Source: Klebsormidium nitens
Lineage: Eukaryota; Plantae; Klebsormidiophyceae
Assembly: GCA_000708835.1 (NCBI GenBank)
Contig: DF236982.1
Span: 62,001-126,000 of the forward strand
Reading direction: 5' to 3'
Length of the DNA: 64,000 bases
The position numbers and the translations under genes are program-made. The notes below the pieces were generated by a model. It did not search any database and was not told the origin of the DNA. It saw only the letters and a program-made list of their open reading frames with translations. Below are positions 1-11,756 of the stretch, piece after piece (the first letter of the stretch is position 1; each line of letters begins with the position of its first letter).

Positions 1-1069
1 GTCGTAGTGATTAGAAACCCCGCCTATGGTTAGAGCCAAAACGGCTTTTCTGTACGTAATTCGCAGAGTTGGCTCGTGAGTGCAGGATTAGTCTCTATCG
101 GTGCAATGATCCACCTCTTTGTTAACGTGGACGGGCGTTCGTTTTGTACTACTTCTGAACAGCGGCTACTGTTCTCGAGCTCGAGCAGATCAAAAGGCAA
201 ATTAAACCAGTCGGACCAAACGCAGCGGCTACTATTTTCGAGCTCGACCAAGTTTGGATGCCCATTTGAAACCAACCGGACCAAGTGTCCCTTCTCGAGG
301 AAGTTGCTTTACGTCCCTGAAGTTTCTAATCAAGTTTGCACACGGGCTTTGGTGGTGCCCTCTTCCAGCGACCTGCATCATAGTTCGAAGCTTCAATGTC
401 AAGCCACCTTCTGGCGTACGCGAACCAAATTAAGCTCGATTGGGCTTCGCTAGTGTCTCGCGAGACTTACGGACGGAAAGTTCCAAGAAATCAGAACGGG
501 GAAGCACATTCTCCGCAGATAAGAAGTGCAGATGCTGTATTATGAGGAGAACCCTTGCACTTGTTCAATCGTAGATTGGTTGGGGATCGTTACGCAGGTT
601 CTAAAAACTGAAGTACGAAGATGGAGCAGCTGCAACGCGAGTACAGCTAGGTTCTTCCTGCCAGCTCGTAGTCAGCGCTCCATTATGAACGAAGTGATGC
701 GGGGCAACGCGACACAGACAATTTTGTTTGTCGAAGGAGGTCTTTTACTCCAGGTCTTGCTACCATTATCCCGAAGATCACGATCTTCGGGATCTGTGCT
801 CGACTCTTGTCGCGCGCATGAGTAGAGTTTGAATAGATGGAAGAAGCAGACATCCGACGCAATGCTTAAGAAATCCATAGAATCAGTTGCGACGTTGGGC
901 TTTGTGACAGAAAAACACACTACAACTAACCTACTCCAACCAATTCCATCCGCAATGCTCAAAGCAGTTTGGGAAACCGAAGAATGGTCACGGCGGGCTC
1001 ACTGTTTCCCGGTCGCTTCTTTCAGCCTCGAGGTGATGGCGCTCTTGGGTCCCGGCATGTCCTTGTCCA

Positions 1070-1830
1070 CGAGCTCGTGGGGCATCGTCATAAGTTCGAA
1101 TACCGGTTTGAAAATGGACTTCTGCCCGGTACAGGAGAGCGGGAAAACGGGTTAGTAACAAGTCCCTTCAGATTTGATTCGATCTTGAACACCGGCCACT
1201 TCTACTTGGGACAGAAGAGCAGAAAAGACGGTTAGTCACGAGTTCATGGGGCGTCGTCATGATCTCGATTTTACGGCCGGACTTAACTTCTGCCAGCCAC
1301 AAATGAACAGGGGAATTGGTCAGTAACAAGCTCCTGGAGCGTCACTACCGGTCAGGAACGAGTCGTTGGGGGAAGGTTACAATATTGAACACCGGCCGGA
1401 AGAACGACTTCTACCGGGCACAAAACAGCAGAGAACCGGTCAGCGACAAGCTCCTGCGGGTCAGTAACGAGTCGTCGCGGGATGGTTATAATGTCGAACA
1501 CCGGTCGGAAAAAGGACTTCTGCCGGGCACACAAGAGCAGGGGAAACGGTCGGTAACAAGCTCCCGGGGGATTTTCCCTTCCTCAAATACCGGCCACTTC
1601 TGCCCGGTACAGAAGAGCGACAAGGTTGGTAACGACCTTCCGGGGCATCGTCATGGTTCTCGTACACCGGCCGGCAGAAAAGGGTAAAGGAACCGGTCAG
1701 CAACAAATCCCCAGCGAATTGTTGTTTCGGCCTGTATGCTTCTTATACAGGCCGAAAAAAGGACTTTTGCCGGGCGCAGGAGAGCAGGCAGACGGGTCAG
1801 TAACGAGCTCCCGGGAGTTTGCCACGAAGA
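1070..1830. repeat. Degenerate tandem repeat, about 7 units of ~90-130 bp
   Basis: Core 'acttctgcc(c/g)gg(t/c)acag(g/a)agagc...cggtcagtaac(g/a)agctcc' recurs near 1118, 1199, 1286, 1408, 1517, 1597 and 1763. No single frame stays open across the array. A 13-bp-stem hairpin sits at 1725-1757. Confidence 0.8.
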
Positions 1831-2055
1831 CCGGAAGGGAGACCTTCTCCTTTACTCTCCTCTATGTAAAGAGACCGCATCGCAGAGTCCGACAGAGAGG
1901 AAGCAGCGCCTTCGCACCCTTTCGAAAGGTAGGCGCGTTGACAGCTCGACGAATCCGCAGAGGATTTTTGATTGGAGTCGGAAAGGAGTGCACTTGGAAA
2001 GACTCCATCAGAAGAAGAAGTCCGTTCAGACCCAGTTGGAAGAAGTTGGGGCCAT

Positions 2056-4695
2056 TCAAGGAAGAAGGGAGCGTTCCCATTGTGTTAACCATCCGTTAAT
2101 AGAGTGTGGATCGGGGTGGAGAAGGTTGCGCGCCCATACAAGGTGACGAAGAAAAGAAGCACAAAGTTGAACCAGTTTGACTGCTCGGAAAAGATCGTAC
2201 TGGACCGCATCTGCAAGCGACGGAGAAATGGAACGAAACCTCCTCGCCGCCTACAGAGAGAAATTGTGCATTCACAAGGTGAAGCGCACTCACACCGAGA
2301 CTGCCAAGGCAGAAATAGGTGAAAGCTCACCCACAGCGTGATCGTTCAAAGCTGGACCGCTTTCGACATAATCCGACCAAAGAAGGAGCACATCCGGAAT
2401 ACTAAAGTGGAGCGGATTCACACCCGGCCAACTGGCACTCGGGAGCGCATCCCACCTTGACGACGTCCCGCAGGAGGTCTCGCTCCAGGAACTCCTGCCC
2501 CAGCGACGCCACCAGCTCCGGCTCGTCGATCTCCGGCACCTCGTGCGCGCGCCGCTCCTTGTTCAGCCTGCGCGCGCACACACGTGACGTCAGCACTTAC
2601 TCAGTTGCTCACGTGGCCTTTCCGGCCCATCTCTTGAACTCCAGCGGGAGTTTGTAAACTCCTTGTGATGCTGCGACCGATCTCCGGCACCTTGTGCGCG
2701 CGCCGCTCCTTGTTCAGCCTGTGCGCGCGCACGTGACGTCAGCATTCAAGCGGTTGCATTCGTATTTTGTGGACCCTTTTCCAGCCTCCTTTGGCGCGCG
2801 GCTGCGACCGATTCCCGGCACCTCGTGCGGGCTCCGCTCCTTGTTCAGCCTGCGCGCGCGCGCGCGTGGTGTCAGCATTCAAATCGATTGCTCACGTCAG
2901 TGCAACGCCCTTCACTCAGAGCCTCGCGGAGCTTGTAAACACCTTCCAGCCATTGACGCTGCGATTGGCCTCCGGCACCTCTCCGTGTTCAACCTGCGCG
3001 CGCACACACGCGACGTCAGCATCCAAGCGGTTGCTCACGTCAGCTTACAGGACATCCCGCCAAGTTGTATTACGTGACTAGTAGTGCCGGTCCGTAACGC
3101 TGCGATCAATTCCCGGCATCTCGTTGCGCGCCGGTCCTTTTAAGGAGGCTTCCGCTCGGAACGTCTCGAGTGCAATGAATTCTTTGTTAGAAGAGACATC
3201 CAGCAATGTAGTATGTTATGAAATTCACCCGAAAATCACAAAAACAGTCATCAAACCAACCTTTTAAAAGATGAATCTTCCCTCACGCGAGCACAGCAGA
3301 GGCAAGGGAAAGGTAAGGAGGACAGAGCGCGCGAGCGCGAGAGCACAGTGTCTGGAAAGAGAAGAACTGGGGCCGCGAAGCAGAGGCGAATGTGCGCGCA
3401 CACAGATGGTGAGCAGGAAGGGAAACGAGGAGTGAGAGCCCGCACAGCAAGCGGAAGGAAAAGAAATGCGCGCGCGCGCGCGCGCGTGGGGGGCGTACCG
3501 CGGCCTGATCTCCGGGTTCTTCCCCAGGTTGCGCCCCACGATCCAGCCCGCCAGGAAGAAGCCCGACGCCACTACGCCGAAGAGGGGCCAGATGGGCTTC
3601 AGCTGCGGGGAGAGGATATATATGATGTCGGTTCTTTCAGCTTTCCTGCTCCTCTAGTTCGACGCGGATTGCTTCATTGAGTGAGGCAAATGTGCGCTGT
3701 CTGGCGGTCGGTGAATCCTTCAAGCGCGCTTGACAAGCACTCCAAGAATGGAATAACCGCCATCTTGTTTGCCACGTCCATATACGAAGGAAGGTTCGTA
3801 CACGGACCCGGATTTGGCACCTCATCGAGCGTCGTTTTACGAAAGTCAACGAATTTCGCGGGAGGCTACTTAGAAAGTGGAAAAATACAATCTTCTGTAA
3901 TATTGAATTGCTCGATGAAGTTCCTTCTCCCACTCAGGTCAAATTTTCTCAGCTTATAGGCAGGTCACACCAAAGGTCATGCGAGCGATGTCACCAAAAA
4001 AACAAAAGACTGGTTTCTACCATCTCGTTTGGTTTGAAGGCATCACATCTGACTCGATTTCAGAATCTTCTGCAAATCTGGTGATTCTCAATTGCCCTTG
4101 CACTGCCATACACTTTTTGAATGCTCTATTGCAGCACGAGAACCCAGGCGTGAGGAGGCGAGATCGTCGCATGTATCGCAAACAAGGTTCTTCTGCTCAG
4201 CAGTTTAGACGAAAGCTTATCAGACAGAAATGGTGTATTACCAGAAGGCATGCAATCGAAGGCCGCCAAACACATTTCGCTGATCTCGCATACAGTTGTT
4301 CGACGAGTTTTGCTGGACCCTTTCAAATGAAGGGAAGAGTCAATTGTCCGTTCATGGAACGCTGCATGCACCCTCTCCTCCTCACGTTGGACGCCAGCAG
4401 CATCTATAGGTCAAAATTCATCACCTGTCTTCAAAGAATCTGCTGGGGCATCCAGGAAATTATGACCACCACAAATCCTCCTCTTTCACAGACGCAGAGA
4501 AGACTTAAGCCTCCACTTTTGACTCGAACCCCGGCCTCTTACCTCCTTCGCCAGAATCTTTCTCAGGAGAGGCAGCCGGGTGACCGGCGTCAGCTTCTTT
4601 CTCTCGTGCATGAACTCCCCGCTAGCTTCCCCCGAGGGCGGGTCTGGGAAGCCGCAGGGCGCGCGCGGGTGGTCCGCATTGCGCGAATCCGCCAT
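2056..4695 (-). CDS. B12D / NDUFA4 (COXFA4)-like small mitochondrial membrane protein, paralog 1
   Basis: Phase-consistent GT-AG exons 4695-4543, 3602-3499 and 2567-2456, plus a tentative last exon 2250-2056. Translation ...LPLLRKILAKE/LKPIWPLFGVVASGFFLAGWIVGRNLGKNPEIRPR/LNKERRAHEVPEIDEPELVASLGQEFLERDLLRDVVK matches the B12D pattern (xPLF-TM helix-RN...NPE(I/V)R..K..R). Family assignment is from motif recall. Confidence 0.75.
2527..3135 (-). repeat. Intronic tandem copies (~145-150 bp period) of the exon-3 acceptor plus exon 5' part of B12D paralog 1
   Basis: 'gatctccggcacc(t)cgtgcgcgcgccgctccttgttcagcctg...cacgtgacgtcagca' occurs in the true exon (2527-2595) and again at ~2679, ~2810, ~2970 and partially at ~3100, with progressive decay. 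Confidence 0.85.
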
Positions 4696-7302
4696 TGCTC
4701 CAGCACTCTGATGCAGATTTCTTCTCAACCTTCTTCACCGGCACAAGCACGTTTTCCCTTGATAGAAGGTCAGCATCTCAGTCCCCGTGGATGTCCAACA
4801 GAGCAAAAAGAACAGACTTTGGACCTGCGCCGAGAGCGCGCGGTGGTTTTGAAATGGAGCCTATCGCAACTGTCGTATGAGGTCTCAGCTTGGGATTTTT
4901 GTCTGGCAACTATCGCTTGCACCGAGGGCTGCTTTATTTTTCAAGTCGTCTTCGTGCATGGTGTCTGCGTCAGTGAGTCTGCGGGGCTTTCCAACCGCAG
5001 CCCTCACTCGGTCAGAAGGGAACAGTCCGACCGATGACGGACTAATTTAGGTATAATAAGAGCCAGGTATACAGTAATAAGCTCCAACTAACACTGAAAC
5101 CCTAACCCCACAATCTACCTGCTCCGCACCCGTGCCCACCATAACCCCCGAACGAACCCCACCCGTCCCAGGCTGGCGAGATTATTATACCTGCCGCTTA
5201 TAATTCGCAAATAAGTCCGAGCTGTCCGACCGGATAGTAGCCTCCTGAGATAGCTCGCGCCGTCCTGAGACAGCTCGCGCGCGCACTTTGGCGCTTGCCG
5301 GTAATGCGGAACTTCCTCCCTCCAGGAGCATTTAGAGAGCATGAACAGATTTCAGAGCACACGATTAGAACACGATTAGGTCCTAGAGTTCAAGAACTAG
5401 CGATCCAGACAGTGGAGCCGCGTTTCGCGGCCGGGCGCGCGCACGGAGCGAGTAGGGCGCGACGTGGGCGCGGGTGCCACGCGCTCGCGGGCGCGGCGCG
5501 TCATTCCGGTGCCCACAACCGGGGCCCACGTGGCGGTATGGCAGCAGCGGATGAGAGAATCTCAACCACTCGAGATACTGCACGTTCAGTGTTCAACGGA
5601 GGACGAGAGTCCAGGTTGGGAGGGACTCACAAGACTCAGAGCTGAGACGAAGGACAAATCATGATGGAAACGTGCCGGTACAGATCACGCTCATTGTGCA
5701 TGCACGCAAGCACGTCGAGAATCGGCTACTATAATAAGCGAGTCTTTCAGTGCTATGGAATGTTTCATCGAGCGACTCACGTGAATGGGCTGGGTATACA
5801 TACCTACTCATTCTCCTAGCGTTGGGTTGTCAACCGGATTCAAGCGGTGAAAAGGAAATGATGAACCGATCCTCGTTGCGGCAAGGCATGTGACGTACAT
5901 AACTTTCTCAGAACTGCGTTCTTGTCAATCTCGTCCCAGAGCAACATCTGATCAAGAGGCTTGGCAGTTGATTCAAAGATACGAAGGGACTGGTTGAATT
6001 GAATCTGCAAACCTACAAGCCATGGGCTCGACACGTTGCAGTTGATTGTAAACGCTGACACATTTGACCAGGATACAGACTGTGATATACATTGGATTAG
6101 AAATTTCAGTAATTCGGACGGCACAATGAACCTGCGGTGCCATGAACAGACCTGATTCCATACAGATCGTTCCGCACGATTTCAAATTGATGAGCATATG
6201 GCCGAAAGTACGATGGAAGAGTACTAGACTCGAAGCAAAAATGATAAAAGCGTCTTTCATATTAGCTCATTGAATCGTACTGCGGTGGTGCAATCCATGC
6301 CACAATCATAACCACAGAAACATGCCGCTTGTTTGATCATCGAGCCAGCCGTACTACAGTACTACTTCTGACACGAGGCACGAAGGGCAATTGTCACCGG
6401 GGGGCGAAAGTTCTCGTGCAAACTAGTGTGAGAGGGAAAAGAGCATGAATGCAGTGCGTCGATCCTGACCTGTTCTTTCCAATCATAGTCCGGCGCGGCA
6501 CCGGCCTCTTGGTCTGCTCCGCTTTCCTTCGACGCGTAAATGCTAATGCGATGCACTGTTACTTACACGTGAGCTCTCTATCGAATGGTAATACCTATTG
6601 TCTATCGGTATTACGTAACGCATGAACTATATAACCGAATGCACTGTTACTTACATCTGTGCTGTCCGTCGAAGGTTGTTGGCCTGCCTGTCGCTGCAAA
6701 GCAAACCGAGCGAATTTCTGTAACTACGTTTTCTCGCCCGTGCACGAGGCCATTTCTAGAAACGGCAATGACGTTTGACTGCCTGATGCCGGCGATCCTA
6801 GTCGGAAGTCGCCGCCGTCAAAAACCGTCTAGATCGCTTCTCTAGATGTTTTCGTGGCAGCTCTTGTTGTGAAGCACACGAGCAGTTGTCGATTCGGAAG
6901 TCTTTTTGACGGTTCAAGCCGCGCCACCCGTCTTGGAAGTCTTGTTCGGTCGGTGAATGTGGGCGGGGGCGCACTTAAATCAGACGAACCTCCGCGATTG
7001 CGGGAACTGCTTTTACGATTGCGCGCCGCCCTTGATTGACCTGTAGAACGACGCTCCAGCGGTCAGCGTGGCCGCTTTCGTTGGCTAAGTACTACTCTTT
7101 TTTGTTTTGTTTTTTACCGTGCGAAGTCTCTTTCCATTTGTGAAGATGAAGTTCTCCCTTTCACGGAATTCTTGTTCAGGCTGCAGCCAGACTTTCCGGA
7201 AGCAGCCATCTAGAAGTGCGACTTGCGATTGTCACTCCTGGCAGGTAAATCCGCTGAAGCACAACTTGTTCTCCACGGCTGTTTGCGTGCGGCAATCTGA
7301 AC

Positions 7303-9768
7303 TCAGTTCAAGAGCTCTGCGTTCCGTAGGAGAGACGGTCTCTGGACACCGACGGTGTTATGGTGTCGAGCATCCAGATTAACCGCACCCAACACCTAGT
7401 AACAGACCAGTTTCTTTGAGACAACTCACTTTCGTGAGCCCTTTCAAGCATAGCAAATTGGATTCGCTTATAATAGGAACATGTTTTCTGCGAGCCCTTT
7501 TAGTTCTTATCATAGGATCGCAATGTGTGAAATAGATTGGTCACTCAAAGAGGCAGAGCAGCTGACACCGAAACAGAGCGACTCACTCTTTGGCAGCGTT
7601 TTCCCTCATCTGCACGATTACTGGATTTTCCTTGTACTCGAATTTGCTGGGCATCGCCTGGAACCACAGAATGGGCGCAAACATGGGGTTCTGCAAGAAA
7701 GAGAATGAGTACACCGGTCAGATCGACGGTTCTGCAAACGGAAGTCGGTTTCTACTTCGAGAACTCAGGATGGGCATTAGCAAGGGTAGAGAAGGGCTTG
7801 AGAAGTCTAGGCTGGGAAGAAAAGTGCTTGGGGTGACCAGGAGTTGAAAAGAAAGAGCTTGGAGCAACTGAGGATAGGCAAGAGGAGGATTCTGCGAAGC
7901 AATGCAAGAAATTCAAAAGGCAAAAAGATCTGAGATTAGTAAGGTTGGAAAGAAAGAGACCTTGGGAAGACTAGGAGTTGGGGGAAAAGGACCCCGAGGG
8001 AAGTAACGGCCTGCGGAAAAGTGTTTCGGGGGAAGTGAAGACACCTTGAAGCAACTAGACAGTGGCGTAAGGTGACTGAGACTATAATCTGGGGAACTAG
8101 AGTGGGGAGAAAACACCCACCCGAACAAAGTCCCGGAGGAAAGTTTTCTTGAGGTGGTTCTTGCCCAACTCTTCCATGCGGTCCGGGTCTTCGAGCTCGG
8201 CAACTCCTGTCGAGCGCGTGGTCTTATTCAGCCTAAAGGCAGCGAGAAGAGCGGTTTACTTTGTCAGTGAGCCTCGAGTTTCGGGTCAAATTGCAGCGAT
8301 GATCTATGTGAACCACCACAGAAGCAGCACAAGCGCTTGACTGAGACAAGCAATGGAATCTGCAAGGTGAGAGAGTGCCTTTAAAACTGAGCAAACTTGA
8401 AAGCAGGGAAAGAATACGAGGCAGAGGATTGTTGGAGTGCAGCTTTGTGAAAAGGTTTTGTCGAGCCACATGGTAGGACACAAGCAAGCAGGCAGTTTTT
8501 CCATTTATGATTTCTTGTGGAGTCTGGAGCAGCCTTTAACACTGAAGTCTTCTGGCCAGTTCTCCAACTTGGTTCGCTAGGTCAAAGTCGATCTGAAGGT
8601 CTTATGGAGGAAAATGGTGATTCTAAAGTTCCAAGGACTGTTACTCAAGCAGTCAAATCACGTTCAGCTGAAAGGTCACTTTCTGGGATGGACGTTCCCT
8701 CTCATCCGCTTTGCAACATCTTCGGAGCTTACAACTGCGGCAATATCTTCAGGTCCAAAGGCCGCTCGGCAGATTGAGTCGGAGTTTCCCTCACCTGGCT
8801 CGAATCTCAGGGGAGCCCAAAAGCTCCCTGGCACAGATCCAGCCGACCATTCCAATGGCGGCACCCATGGCGGCAAAGAGGGGGATGATAGGGACCAGCT
8901 GCGAAGGAAAGGAAAGAGGGTCAGGGCCGCAGCTACATCGAAATGCATCGTGAGAATACAACTTCGTAAAGTAGCGAATAAACTTTCATTTCCAGCTCAT
9001 CCAGTTTCGAATGCCCTAGTGCAACTTCCGAGCTTGTTAGCTGCTCAATCCGCTTGTGGGTTTCTGTGGGGTCAGAACTTCATGATAAACCAGAGAAGGG
9101 CAATCTTGTTTTCTAAGGGAGCAAAGCGGGCAGGCGACATCTTGGTGCTCACCTCCAAACGCTCTAAGTTGGCTTATGCACAGAAGTTGACATAGAGAGG
9201 CGGTTGGAAGGGTGCTTTGCAGTCAGACTTCTCATTGAGTCGCTTTTTGCTACACTGATGTGCACTACCTATTGCACAACCTGGGAAGTCGCACCACCAA
9301 CGGGATAGGGAAAGATAGAAGCAGAGTCTTTTTGCTGAGACCAGAAGTTACTGCTTCCAGATACAGACCTGATGATTGAGACTACGAGGGAATATTCAAC
9401 TGTCTAGCTGGAGAGAACCCTTGGGTTTCAAAATCATCCAGAGGTCTCGCCAGCTTCCCAAAAGGCTATCTTCCTTTCATTTCACTCTATTGTGCCCCTC
9501 TCCATTACCCTTTTCAAATCATGGCAGCAGATGAACGCCTGAGGCCCTTTGAATGGACCGTGACTCCATCTCACAAAAGGATACAAAGAATGCTTCAACA
9601 GCTTCTCTTCAATCCACCACTCTTCTTAAATGAGACAGCTGTCGGCGTGCGCACCTCTTTCTTCAGCACGTGCCGCAGGATCGGCAGCTTTGTGAACGCC
9701 ACGCCGCCCCGCGTCTCGTGCAGGAACTCGCCACGTGGCCTCCCCTGAGTGGACGGGTTGGTCGCCAT
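7303..9768 (-). CDS. B12D / NDUFA4-like protein, paralog 2
   Basis: Exons 9768-9655, 8898-8795 (104 bp), 8232-8121 (112 bp) and a tentative last exon 7395-7303. Exon 2 and 3 lengths are identical to paralog 1. Translation MATNPSTQGRPRGEFLHETRGGVAFTKLPILRHVLKKE/LVPIIPLFAAMGAAIGMVGWICARELLGSPEIRAR/LNKTTRSTGVAELEDPDRMEELGKNHLKKTFLRDFVR. Confidence 0.75.
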
Positions 9769-10223
9769 CCCTTGACTGTCGGTCACGTTTTACTCCTGGC
9801 GGATTGACAGTCGTTTGACCTGCTGCTTGCTGATGCTGAGCGATGACTGTTGGCTCGAATGAACTCGAAGGAAAGCTGTCTGGATTCTCTGCAGACGCGG
9901 TGAAAAGCAAATGCCTGCATCCTAAATACTCCAAAGCTTTGCTTGTCTCCAGAATGCTGATCCACGGATGCACTCTTGGTGCTGCTGGTTCAGGGCCGGC
10001 GCTGGTTCTTCGTAAAGAAGGCGACTCGCCCCTCCGAAGGAACCAGCGCCGACCCTGAACCAGAGAGACTCAGCTGATGATTGGCGCCCAAGCGGAGATC
10101 GAACCAGGAGAAAGAGACGAGGCGATTGTCATGCACGGAGTTTTGCGCTGGTTGACGATGGGGTCTCGGGACTTGACAAGCTTCCTCTTTGAAATCTGGA
10201 CTTACCGAAGGCTATGGGGAAGC

Positions 10224-11410
10224 GTACGTAAATAACCATCAATGATAGGTACACGTACACGGAGGTAATTGGCCCGACGCAAGAGGTCATAATACCTACT
10301 TCGCCAGAAAACGTACTTTTCACCTGGAATGGCGCAGGCGGCAGCACCTGCGGTGGTGTACCCTATTGTACTTGCACTCTTCCAGAGTCCCACTTTCGCA
10401 GATCTTTAACCCAGCTTGAAAGTCCACCAACCAAAGATGCAGATCAGTAATCAGCTTCGAAAGCTGCCGTTTGCCACAGTAACAGCTTCGCCTTCTGCTT
10501 TCAGCTGGTTCGCGAGAGTAGAGTAGAGTCAACCGGCCCTACCTATTCCAATCGTAGGTACGTAGGGCGCACACCCCTTCAACCCTGACACCATGTCAGT
10601 TTGACTTTCGTCCCCACTGTCTGAAGACTCACACTGAGATCTACATGAGATGCGACTGAGCTGGACTACGTTATTCCGGGTTTAGTACTGTTCAGTACTA
10701 GTACCGGCTTTGCCACGTGAGCAGTTTGATTGGTGCGCAGAGCTGCCAAATCATCGCTCCCTATATGATGCGCACTTCCTGAGCACTACGTTGCTGTACG
10801 TTCCGAGGCAGAGTCTGTACCCTCTAGCTGTTGGATACCGTACCTTGTCACAGGCTTGTGATACAGCCGGCCAGCCTAGCGCTGCGCAGCTTTCGCGGGT
10901 TCTAACCAGAGCCTAGTGCATGATGGGGTGTTGTCACTGTCAGAAGTCAGAATCCGTCTGACAAACCCTGTCAGACCACGTGGTGTACTAGCAACCGTCG
11001 ATAAAATTCTACAGCCAACCGAGCCGCGGCGATCGTCCAGAGGTTTCAGCAGGCTAATTTGCATTGATAATTTGCAAACCAGCCTCCAGGCCCTCAGTGT
11101 TTTACGTACTGGCCCTGCATGGGGCCGGGCAGCATACCGTATCGAGAACCTGTCGAACGCGCGCATTATAGGACCTACCCACTGCCGGTACTTGCAATTC
11201 CGGCTACGGCCTTGTTGACAACCCAGGCTCCAGCTAGCACATGTCCACTTATTACGTCACAATTGTCTTTCAAGGGAGCAGAGGGCCCTTAGCTCTTGCT
11301 ACGACAAGCCACAAGGGGCCCGTGCTAGCAGTTGCCACCGAGCCGATACAGCAGGCTGTACCGGCACTCTTAAGGTTTTAGTTGAAACCAAACCATGCCG
11401 CGGTAAGTAC
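10224..11410. promoter_or_regulatory. GTAC-dense intergenic block upstream of B12D paralog 2
   Basis: About 18 GTAC tetramers counted by hand in ~1.19 kb, against ~4-5 expected at uniform composition. A regulatory role is inference only. Confidence 0.3.
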
Positions 11411-11756
11411 GCTTGAACAGCCGCTGGCACCTGACCGCCAGTATAGACATTACAGTGCAACGCCTTTCCACCAACCAATTACCGCAAACTCATCGCACCT
11501 AGTCCCCCATTGAAGAGCCCCCTGAAGTGGTAACGCTTGATGGTCAACCGGACAAGAAGCCTAGCCAGCCACAAAGTTCTCCAACACATGTGTTATAGTA
11601 CTTTCGGACACTTGGAGTGGATCGCGGGACTCGACATGCTGACGGTACTGTGGGCTGCGTCCTAGGGCTCCGCATAAGTCCATGGCATGCAACATCAAGC
11701 ACCTATACGCCATCATTGCCGCGCTCATATGATCTCAAGTACTCACACATGATTCC

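Noticed and set aside
3979-5037. 352-aa + strand ORF
   Set aside because: No recognisable domain, non-coding-like composition, and it lies antisense to B12D-1 exon 1 and its promoter and intron.
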